Shown one piece after another: positions 1 to 8,737 of a stretch of 34,893 nucleotides of DNA (its first letter is position 1; each line of letters starts with the position of its first letter). The translations under genes and the position numbers were made by a program. The notes under the pieces were generated by a model. It ran no database searches, was not told the DNA's origin, and saw only the letters and a program-made list of their open reading frames with translations. This DNA comes from a virus. Taxonomy: Duplodnaviria > Caudoviricetes. Location: positions 1 to 34,893 of IMG/VR virus record IMGVR_UViG_3300012001_000025, one strand, 5' to 3'.

Positions 1-2
1 CC

Positions 3-3000
3 GTGAAGCTGCAGAGGCTGTTCCAGCAGCAGATGGACGTGCGTTGGCGCAACCTGCGCAACATGGCCTCCGCAGCCACGTCGAAGCGATTCGGTGGCGC
101 GAGCGCCGAGACCGTGGCGCACGCCGTCGCCACCGGCGACGATCCGGTACGCGCATTCCAGTCGTGGATCGACGAGGCGATGCGTCAGGTAGTGCTCGGT
201 GTCCTCCCGATGTCGTGGATGGCACCCTTCATCTCGCGAGCCGCAGCCATGGCGGGAGAGCGAGCCTCCGCGCTGACCGCAGGCGATGCCCTCCGTCCTG
301 CGGTCAGTCGCGTGAGGACCCTGCAGACCATGGCGGTGACTGAGCTTCAGGGAATCTGCGAGGCGGTGTCGCAGCAGTGCGTCCGCGCGCTGGCGTCCGG
401 AATGCTGTCGCGGCAGACACCAAACCAGATTGCACGGGCGATGGCCAGCGTCATTGACACCGTCGGCAAGACACGCAGCCAGCAACTTGCGTCCTTCATC
501 ACCGTGCGCGCGTTCGCTGCGTCGACGCTGGATCATCTTCGTGCCGCTGGCGTGAGCCACGTCGGCATCCTAGCGGAGCGAGTCAGGAAGTCTGGCCCCG
601 GCCTCCTGACTCGCGACGCTGCCAAGAAGAAGGCAAAGAAGAAAAAGTGGGCGGAGCCCTCCGATCTGGTCGAGGTGCTCACCGCTGGCGACGACGACGT
701 GTGCCCGACCTGCGAGGACATCGCGGACGAGGGACCGTACACGCTGGACGACGCCGAGGGCCTCATCCCCGCGCACCCGAACTGCGTACTACCGGGGATG
801 GCCGTCGAGGGCAACGTGCTCGCTGCACTAAAATCCAGTTATTCTGGTCCAGCCCTTGAGATCGAGACGCGTAGTGGTAGACGGCTCAGCGTTACCGGAC
901 AGCACCCCATACTGACGTCGCTTGGTTTCGTTGCGGCTAAGGACCTTCGTGAGGGTATGAAGCTTATTTGCAAGGGCACGGATGTCAGGTGGTCCTTCAC
1001 ATCTCTTGTTGACGCGAACAATAACAACGGTCCAATCTTGATTGAGCAAATATACGATACGCTTCGAGCTCAGGGACTTTGCTCTGTCAGTCCAAGCGGT
1101 GACGATCTCCACGGCGACGCGAGGCACATCGATGGTGATGTCGATATTGTAGCGGTAGACTGGCGTTTGCTGTGTAATGTCCACTCGCAGTCGGAGAAGG
1201 GCCGCAGCAAGCTCGTTCTCCCAAGCGCCTACGCGAGACTTGTTGAACTGGTTCAATTTACTACGGTTAATCAGTTCTTTGCGCGAAGCCTTGCGACCAC
1301 GCGTAGCATCCCAAGCACCAGAGCACTGGTGCTCAATCAATTTGCGCGATTGCTTCAAGACACTCCACTTCAGGTACTCAGCCTCGGATCGTCCGCGCAC
1401 ACCAATATTAAGTTTCCGAAAATGCTTGATCAGTACGTTGCGTTCTATTCCACTTTGGTCCGAGATCTGTTTGAGCGAGATGCCGGACTCGTACTGCTTG
1501 ACCAATCTGGCAAGTTGTCCACGCTTGAAGATTACCTGCGGTCTACCGGCATTTCTAATGACGCGTTTCAGTATATTGTACACAACGCGTCGTCGTATCT
1601 TCAATTTCTCGACGATCTTGTGTCCAGACAACCCGGACTTGTAGAGTTCGATGATGTGATCTCGCTGCGCTCGTTCCATTATAACGGCCCCGTGTATGAC
1701 TTGCAAACCACTACGGGCAGCATGGTTGCACAGGGCATCTTTGAAAGCAACTGCCGCTGCGCCTTCGTGCCGTCCGCCGACGCGCGCTACGCGCACGACG
1801 CCGGTCCCGACGACGAGGCACGTGGACCAGACGGAAAATGGATAACAGGTGGTGGCAAGTCAGATAAATTTGTTGTTGCATATCACGGTACATTGATGAG
1901 TGCAGCTAAATCCATCGCAAAGAAGGGTTTCGTTCTAAAGGATTACAATAAGAATTCCCGGTTTGAGGATGCTGGTCAATACTACAAGGGTGAACGTGGT
2001 CACGCCATATTTGTCACAAATAATAAACAGACGGCTATACTTTATGCAAAAAGTCGCGCGGATGTAGGTCTTCCAAAGGCAATTGGAATTGTTGAGTTGC
2101 ACATTCCCAAAAATGAATGGAAAAAATTTAAGACTGATACGCTTGGAAATAAGGACAACACTGATAAAAAGGCTAAGAATGCTTACACAACTAAAATAAT
2201 TCCACCTGAATGGGTGCACAAAGTTTCCGGATATCCAGATTGGTACAAATTAGGGGGACCTCTTGGGAATCCAGTTAAAATAAAAGATGCAGAATTTGTC
2301 ACGATGTATCTAGTCACTGATCTTGCTTCACACGTTGTGCACGATGCCGGTCCCGACGACGAGGATCGCGACGACCACGGGCGATGGACCAGTGGCGGCG
2401 ACAGCAGTTTTGCGAAGGCCTCCAAGGAACGTCGCAGATTGAGCAATGATCCAGAGGGCAAGGAAGAAGTAGAAGACAAGTACGGCCTGAAGCACCTGAA
2501 GGTGAACCTAGCCATGGACAAGATGGATGAGGTTTATGCGGACACAGCCAAGCAGACGCGTGACAAGGAATTGACAAGTGATGAACAGAAGACCGTTCAC
2601 GCATACCAGACCAAGAAGGCACTGTCAGAGAAGTTGAACGCCAAATTGCGCGCAGGAGGAGAGCTCGACGACAAGCAGACATCGGTCGTCAAGATCCTGG
2701 ACAACGTGCTGAAGAATTCCTCGCTCAAGGAAGATCACACGCTTTACCGAGGACTCACTGGAAGGGCTGGTCGCGATCTAGTGTCTGGATTGAAGCCGGG
2801 AGACAAGTTGAGGGATGCTGGTTTCATGTCCACGAGTCTGGACGAGGACACGGCGCGCGGTTTCTCGCAGGGGTCAAAGGATCAAGCAGATCTTCACGTC
2901 ATGCGAATTCTCGCCGACAAGGGTCAGCAGGCTCTGTTGACCGGTGACAGAGGTGGCGCATCAGTGTCGGATCAGGAGTATGAGACCATACTGCCGAGGA

Positions 3001-6000
3001 ATACTTCCCTTGAGTTCAACGGCAAGTCGACCAAGGGTGACATAACGTACTACGACTTCAAGATCGCCAGTAAGAAGCTGACGAAGGACTACGACCCCGA
3101 CCAGCCGCGCGACGATCACGGCATGTGGGCCGGTGGCTTCGCCGGTGGTCCTCCGCTCAAGACGTGGCAGCCGCCGCAGTCCAACGAGGAGTGGAAGAGC
3201 GTCGCCGGGCAGGACCACACCATCGGCGAGCCCCCGGTCCCGCAGCCGAAGACGTCGTCCTACACATACACCGACAAGCAGACCGGGCAGCCGGTCACCA
3301 GGACCAGCACCAGCCGCGTCTCGAGCGGCGTGATCATGCGCGAGAAGGACGGACGCACGTGGATCATCAAGCCGACCAATGGCTACGGCGGCTATCGCTA
3401 CACCTTCCCCAAGGGCGGCGTCGAGGAGGGCCTGCACCCGCAGGCCAACGCCATCAAGGAGGCGTTCGAGGAGACCGGCCTCAAGGCGCGCATCACCGGC
3501 TTTGCCGGGGACTACGCGGGCGACACCGGGGTGACGCGCATGTATCACGCGGTGCGCGAGACCGGCCATCCCAAGGACAAGGGCTGGGAGACCGAGAAGG
3601 TGCGGCTCGCGCATCCCGCCGAGCTGCCGCTGCTGCTCAATCGCAGCCGCGACAAGAAGATCGCTGGGCAACACATCAATCCGGCGATGCTGGACCAAGG
3701 ACGACTATGACCCGGACGAGCCGCGCGACGACCACGGCATGTGGACCAGCGGCGGCGGCGCGGCGGGCTTCGCCAACAACGCTGAAGGAGGGCGGCGTCC
3801 AGCACGCGGTCGAGCACGACCCGGTCACCAACCTGCACAGCGTCAAGGTGCCGAAGAACGATGACCTGCCGTCACTGGAGGCCATAGCCAAGAGCCACGA
3901 GGATTTCTCGCACAAGGTCAAGGGTCTGCACAGCAACCACTACTTCTTCAAGGGCAAGGATGACGTCGGTCACGGCGACAAGTCGGCCAAGTACCCCGAC
4001 CACGTCATCAAGTTCAAGCAGCTATTGAACGAGAACGGCGTGGAGCACACGCACAACGATGCACCGTCGATGGGTGGTCACGACTTCCACGTTGAGACGC
4101 ACAACAAGGATTATGCGCTGGGACTCGCCAAGGATCACGGCATCCCGGTTCACCAGACGACGCAGACTGCGTCTGGTGCAGTCATCACGCTGCCGGAGAA
4201 GGCACCATCGAAGTCCGGTGAGGTATTGTCCGGTCACGGTGGCGAAGCTCCCATCGACATGCAGGACCTCACCAAAGTAAGTGGCAAGAAGGGCAGCAAC
4301 GAGGGCGGTGTCTACAAGGATGAGAAGAGTCTTTATCCTAAATCACAGTACTACATCAAGCAGCCCGCGACCCCCGACCACGTGCAGAACGAGCTGCTGA
4401 CCGCGCGGCTGTACCAGCTCGCGGGCGTCAAGACGCTGAACTACGTCCCGGTCAAGGGAGGCAATCACGTCGCCACCGAGATGGAGGACCTCGCCAAGAA
4501 CAATGTGTCGCAGCTGTCGTCGGTCGAGCGCATGCAGGCGCAGCACGACTTCGCGGTGCACGCTTGGCTGGCGAACTGGGACGCGGCTGGCATGGGCGGC
4601 GACAACGTCGGCGTGCGCAAGAACGGCGACGTGGTGACGCTCGACACCGGCGGTGGCCTGAAGTACCGCGCGCAGGGCGAGCCGAAGGGCATCGCCTTCG
4701 GGAATACAGTGACCGAAGTCGATACTCTCCGGGACAGCGCCAAGAACCACGACGCGGCCAAGCTGTACGGCACCATGTCCAACGGCGAGCTGATCGCCAG
4801 CATGAAGCGCGTGGTGGATATCCCGAACAGCAAGATCGCCAACACCATCAACGCGGCAATGCCGATGGCTCCGTACGACGAGCGCACGGCCCTCGTGGAC
4901 AAGATGATTGCCCGCAAGAACGACCTCGCGTCGCAGATGCAGAAGCTGACCAGTGCGTGGGCACAGCACCAGTCGACCGCGCAGACGATCGTGTCCGCAC
5001 CAAAGACCAGCACGACGCCCTCCGTCGTCGATCATCCGGCAAAGGCATTCCTGTCGCAGGTCAAGGGGACCAGCGCCGAGCGCGTGACTTGGCGCAAGGA
5101 ACTCGCCGCTACCCCGACGCCTTTTACTCCTGGCATGAAGCTAGTGAAGAGCGATCTTCAGCACAAGATCGTCGCATCCTTCTGGAAGCAGCACGGCAAG
5201 CTGACCGGCGACAAGAAGACGCAGATAGCGACCAAGCTGGCGCAGTACGCCAAGAAGTACGGCATGACCAACCCGTTGACCGCACCCACGGTCGCCGCAC
5301 CGCCCGCACCCAAGCCAGTCTTCGGCAAGGCATCGCCAACGCCACCTCTCGCGCACGCCGACATTGTCGCACCGAAGCCGTCGTCCATCGCCACTCAGGC
5401 CGAGCTCGAGAAGGCCAAGAAGAGCGTCAAGCTGCAGATGCAGTACGTGCCGGGGGCACAGGGACTCGAGAGCCACCCGGAGGCGCAGAAGCTGCTCGCC
5501 GCGTTCAACCAGAAGTACGAGGGCAAGTCGCTCGACACGCAATCACTCCACGAGAAGGTCGCCGACTTCAAGAAGCTGCAGAGCGACATGATCCCACTGA
5601 TGAGTGAGCAGCAGAAGCAGGCTGCGGCATCCGCGATCGTGGAGAAGGCCGCGCAATCCGAGAAGCTGGCCAAGGACAAGGCCGCTCTCGAGGCCAAGAT
5701 GAACGACCCCGAGGTGCAGAAGCACTACGAGGTGCTGAAGTCAATCGGTGCCGGGCAATATACACAGGGACTAGACAAGCTGATCGCGGAGCACGGCCTC
5801 GCCATCACGCCGGAGGAGGGTGCGTACATCCGCGCCTACGTCGGCAGCCACTACGGCCCGGTCAACGATCAGCTCCGCAAGGGCGTGCTGACCATGGCGC
5901 AGCACAAGTACGCCAACGCGCTGAACGACGCCCTGGCCAAGATGCCGAAGTACGTGGGTAACGTGGAGCGCGGCGCGCACCTGACGCCTGAGGCCTTCAA

Positions 6001-6235
6001 GAAGTACCAACAGGCAGTGGGCGGCGTCGCCGTCGAGCACCAGTTCACCAGCGCGGGCGTCAAGCACAAGCTGTGGGGCGATCACGTGTTCCACATCAAG
6101 AGCAAGAGCGCTGCCGACATTCGCTCGTTCAACTCCGGGGAGGGTGGTGGCGAGGTCGTGTTCCGGGCAGGTAGCAAGTTCCACGTCACGAAGGTAGACA
6201 CACCTAGCAAGCAGATATGGATGGAGGAACTGTGA
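3..6235 (+). CDS. Polyvalent MuF/SPP1 gp7-like head morphogenesis protein (5' end probably outside the window; two apparent +1 frameshifts near 3696 and 3775 join ORFs 3..3710 and 3125..6235)
   Basis: MuF motifs TAGDDDVCPTC and IPAHPN|CRC, followed by ART, ART, NUDIX, kinase-like and ART domains. A fourth linker KDDYDPDEPRDDHGMWTSGG is read in an intermediate frame at 3697-3756 and bridges the two ORFs. Lies upstream of the protease and capsid genes. Confidence 0.85.
783..1751 (+). mobile_element. Intein (323 aa) inserted in the MuF HPN|CRC motif
   Basis: Starts CVLPG (Cys1). Contains block B LSVTGQHPILT (TxxH), GFVAAKDLREG and block F VYDLQT. Ends ESN followed by a +1 Cys. Removal restores PAHPNCRC. 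Visibly lower GC than the upstream flank. Confidence 0.92.
828..1679 (-). CDS. Antisense gene nested in the intein: tandem HTH + NUMOD3-like + Vsr/DUF559-like PD-(D/E)XK nuclease, putative homing endonuclease (283 aa)
   Basis: ATG at 1679 with GGGG 8 nt upstream. HTH-like segments IIELYKSGLSGHKIVEKLKI and VKQYESGISLKQISDQSGI. Basic RGRKASRKELINRS. Nuclease-like ENELAAALLRLRVDITQQTPVYRYNIDITIDVPRVAVEI...LLNQDWTVVIV. Confidence 0.8.
   Translation of the reverse strand: MERAQRDHIIELYKSGLSGHKIVEKLKIRRRVVYNILKRVIRNAGRPQVIFKRGQLARLVKQYESGISLKQISDQSGIERNVLIKHFRKLNIGVRGRSEAEYLKWSVLKQSRKLIEHQCSGAWDATRGRKASRKELINRSKLNQFNKSRVGAWENELAAALLRLRVDITQQTPVYRYNIDITIDVPRVAVEIVTAWTDRAKSLSSKRIVYLLNQDWTVVIVRVNKRCEGPPDIRALANKLHTLTKVLSRNETKRRQYGVLSGNAEPSTTTRLDLKGWTRITGF
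1793..2364 (+). repeat. Direct repeat pair (26 nt, 1 mismatch) at 1793-1818 and 2339-2364 encoding HDAGPDDE
   Basis: gcacga(c/t)gccggtcccgacgacgagg occurs on both sides of the AT-rich ART cassette. Confidence 0.9.
1866..2330 (+). other. PARP-like/H-Y-type ADP-ribosyltransferase-fold domain within the MuF protein
   Basis: VAYHGT...SIAKKGF...GHAIFVTNNKQTAILYA...IVELHIP...IIPPEWV pattern. AT-rich cassette between direct repeats. Confidence 0.6.
2560..3070 (+). other. VIP2/C3-like (R-S-E) ADP-ribosyltransferase domain within the MuF protein
   Basis: LNAKLR...LYRGL...DAGFMSTSLD...QEYETILPRNT: catalytic R, STS and ExE motifs all present. Confidence 0.88.
3087..3744 (+). repeat. Direct repeat pair (42 nt, 4 mismatches) at 3087-3128 and 3703-3744 encoding DYDPD(Q/E)PRDDHGMW
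   Basis: Direct base-by-base comparison. The pair flanks the NUDIX cassette. Confidence 0.9.
3315..3690 (+). other. NUDIX hydrolase domain within the MuF protein
   Basis: SSGVIM...FPKGGVEEGLHPQANAIKEAFEETGL matches the Nudix box GX5EX7(R/K)EUXEEXGU. Confidence 0.9.
4250..4950 (+). other. HipA/PI3-PI4-kinase-like domain within the MuF protein
   Basis: GSNEGGVY...YYIK...NELLTARLYQLAGV...WLANWD...DNV...TLDTG resembles the Gly loop, beta3 Lys, alphaC Glu, catalytic D..N and DxG motifs. Confidence 0.65.
5790..6235 (+). other. Second VIP2-like ADP-ribosyltransferase domain (divergent) at the MuF C-terminus
   Basis: YGPVNDQLR...ALAKMPKY...VERG...FTSAG...GGEVVFRAGSKFHV. The STS and ExE motifs are degenerate. 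Confidence 0.75.
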
Positions 6236-6411
6236 TGGGCGACAAGCCATACACAACGACCGCGGACGAGGTGGTCATCGTGAGGCCGGGGGAGCCAACG
6301 CCATCGCTGACCGTGCTACCGGACGCACCGCCCCCCGGTCTGTCGCCGCAGGAGATGGAGACGTGGCTAGAGAACGAGGAGGACGAGCGGTTGTTTGGAG
6401 AGAACTCGTGA
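6235..6411 (+). CDS. Small acidic, Pro-rich hypothetical protein (58 aa)
   Basis: TGATG overlap with the MuF stop, GGAGG upstream. Sequence MGDKPYTT...WLENEEDERLFGENS. Confidence 0.65.
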   Translation: MGDKPYTTTADEVVIVRPGEPTPSLTVLPDAPPPGLSPQEMETWLENEEDERLFGENS

Positions 6412-6774
6412 TCCGCCTGATCGGACTGCCGCTCGCGGTGTTCGTCACGATGCTGTCGTTCCTCCTCGCGTCGCACGTGCTGGCGCGCGATGTCGACGGG
6501 CGCTTCGCCAGCAGCCCGCTCAAGCCTTGGTTCGATCGGCCTGCGGTCCCGCCGGGGTCCGTGCTGCTCGGACGCCGACGGAACCGCGGTCAGCGACCCA
6601 GACTGGGGGACCGAGGGCAATCACTATCGCGTGCGCATAGGGGGACGCTGGTACGACGTGCCCGATGACGCGGTGATCAGGGAGCCGAACAGGGCAGGCG
6701 TGACGATGGTCTGGCCCTACTACATCAACGGAGACGCGATCATTCGCTGCTTCATGCCTGGAGTTCTAACATGA
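6408..6774 (+). CDS. Secreted Cys-containing hypothetical protein (apparent +1 frameshift near 6538)
   Basis: GTGA overlap. Signal peptide VIRLIGLPLAVFVTMLSFLLASHVLA, then LKPWFD/GLRSRRGPCCSDADG...WYDVPDDAVI...IRCFMPG in the next frame. Confidence 0.7.
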
Positions 6775-8123
6775 TCCTATTCGACACGTTTGCGCTGGAC
6801 GGCGTTCGCCGCACGGCGGACGGCTACCTCGCGGCGTTCGCGCGGGTCGCCAGAACCGGCATTCAGGAATACAAGGGCAGCGAGCTGGGTCGCCCCGACC
6901 TCGGAGTGGTGCGCGTGTATCGCCCACCGGAGGAGGTGTTCCACTCCGACGCGCTCAAGTCCTTCGCGCACAGGCCGGTGACGCTCAAGCACCCGCGCGT
7001 GCCCGTGACCGCCAAGAACTGGAAGCGGTACGCTGGCGGGCAGACCGGGGAAGCCGTGGTGCGGGACGGCGAGTTCGTGCGCGTGCCTATGGTGATGATG
7101 GACCAGCAGCTCATCGACGCCTACGAGAAGGACGGCGTCAAGGAGTTGTCGATGGGTTACAGCACCGACTTGCAGTGGCGCACGGGGATGACCGACGCGG
7201 GTGAGCCCTACGACGCGGTGCAGACCGCGATCAGGGGCAATCACCTTGCCGTGGTGCCACTGGCGCGCGGCGGTGACAAGCTGCGCATCGGGGACACCAC
7301 GTTTCGCGGTCTGGTCGACAAGATCAATCAGAACCCGGACGACGATGAAGACGAGGATAAGACCGTCGATCCAAATGCAGACGAGGATGATGACGACTAT
7401 GTCGATGACGCAAACGGCGATGTCGACACCACCGACTGCCCCAAGTGTGGAGCAGAGATTCCCACCGGCGCTACGGATTGTCCGGAGTGTCATTATCACG
7501 TTACCAACGATGGAGCTATCAAGATGAAGATCATTACCGTTGACGGCCTCTCTGTCAGCGTGGCCGACGATCAGGGTGCCTCGATCATCGAACGTCACGT
7601 CAACAAGCTGGAGACCAAGGTCAAGGACTCCAAGGTCAAGGTGTCCGACGCGGAAGCCGTGGCGGCCAAGGCTACCACGGACCTCGCCGACGCGCAGAAA
7701 GCACTCTCCACCAAGGACGGCGAGATCGCCGTACTCAAGAAGCAGCTCGACGACGCCAAGGTCACCCCGGTGAAGCTCGACCAGATGGTCAAGGATCGTC
7801 TCAGCGTGATCGATGCCGCCGCGCCGCTGCTCGACAAGACCTTCGCCTTCGACGGCAAGTCGGTCGAGGAGATCAAGCGTGCCACCGTCGAGGCGTATCT
7901 CGGCGATGCTGCCAAGGGAATGGACGAGACCGCCATCGCGGGCGCGTTCGTTGCCGCCACCCTCGTCAAGGACAACAAGCGCGGCGGCTCGATGCCGATC
8001 CGCGACTCGCTGCGCGTTGCTGGCAATCATCGCCCCGGCACCGTCAACGACGCTCGCGAGACCGCCTACGACGAGAAGACCAACCGCCTGAGCAACGCTT
8101 GGCGCGGAGCCAAGGCGTCCTAG
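6771..8123 (+). CDS. DUF2213-type prohead protease/scaffold protein
   Basis: TADGYL...ARTGIQEY...VYRPPEEVF...FAHRPVTLKHP...ELSMGY...IRGNHLAVV..ARGG. Coiled-coil C-terminal half. Lies upstream of the capsid genes. Confidence 0.88.
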   Translation: MILFDTFALDGVRRTADGYLAAFARVARTGIQEYKGSELGRPDLGVVRVYRPPEEVFHSDALKSFAHRPVTLKHPRVPVTAKNWKRYAGGQTGEAVVRDGEFVRVPMVMMDQQLIDAYEKDGVKELSMGYSTDLQWRTGMTDAGEPYDAVQTAIRGNHLAVVPLARGGDKLRIGDTTFRGLVDKINQNPDDDEDEDKTVDPNADEDDDDYVDDANGDVDTTDCPKCGAEIPTGATDCPECHYHVTNDGAIKMKIITVDGLSVSVADDQGASIIERHVNKLETKVKDSKVKVSDAEAVAAKATTDLADAQKALSTKDGEIAVLKKQLDDAKVTPVKLDQMVKDRLSVIDAAAPLLDKTFAFDGKSVEEIKRATVEAYLGDAAKGMDETAIAGAFVAATLVKDNKRGGSMPIRDSLRVAGNHRPGTVNDARETAYDEKTNRLSNAWRGAKAS

Positions 8124-8196
8124 TCAACGTCTAGGCACCATCCCCATTAAAAATCACGTCCCGACAGTTTAGGGACAGAAACAGGAGACATGAACC

Positions 8197-8677
8197 ATGT
8201 TGCAATCTTCAGGCCCCGTCCAGTCGACCTATGGCCGGCTATATGACGGTCGGCTCGGTTGGCACCCCGGCCAGCGAGACTGGCTATGACGTCGACACCA
8301 AGATCTTCGAGGAGAACGCCAGCCCGGCAGCGGGCTGCGGCTTCGGCGTGGCCGTCTATCAGGGCACCGCTGATCGCGGTGCTCGCATCGGTGGCAGCGG
8401 CGATTTCCTCGGGATCACGATGGCCAACCCGACGCAGAACGTGTTGTCGTTCACTGACGCCTACGCAGGCGGCGACAACATGCCGGTCATGATTCGCGGT
8501 GACATCTGGGTCATCGCCGAGGCCGCAGTCACCGCAGGCGAGGCGCTCTACGCCGACGCGACGACTGGCGTCCTCGGTCACTCGGGTGGCACCCTCGTCG
8601 TTGGTGGTCGCTGGATGACCACTGCGGCTGCTGGCCAGCTCGCCGTCCTCCGTCTCGGCTCCACTGCTCAGGCGTAA
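8197..8677 (+). CDS. Head decoration/cement protein (apparent +1 frameshift near 8235)
   Basis: AGGAGA SD then ATG 8197 (MLQSSGPVQSTYG) joining ORF 8231..8677. Motifs FGVAV, RGDIWV, GRWMTTAAAGQLA. Lies between scaffold and capsid genes. Confidence 0.75.
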
Positions 8678-8737
8678 CACAGAACTTAAACGCTGACGCA
8701 ACAAGCGCGGCACACACTCACAAGGAGATAAACTAAA

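Noticed and set aside
1177-1644. Third open frame (155 aa) inside the intein
   Set aside because: No motifs and no SD. Probably incidental.
1680-1796. Upstream extension of the antisense intein ORF to 1796
   Set aside because: Non-ATG start that crosses the intein boundary into GC-rich extein. ATG 1679 has an SD-like site and begins the HTH.
3125-3775. N-terminal ~215 aa of ORF 3125..6235
   Set aside because: Arg-rich off-frame reading of the NUDIX region. Real coding in this frame starts near 3780.
4564-5607. 347-aa alternative-frame + ORF
   Set aside because: Arg/Gln/Ala-rich off-frame translation of the kinase and linker region.
6777-8030. 417-aa antisense ORF over the DUF2213 gene
   Set aside because: Same shadow effect. 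V/L/G/D/R-rich sequence with no domain signature.
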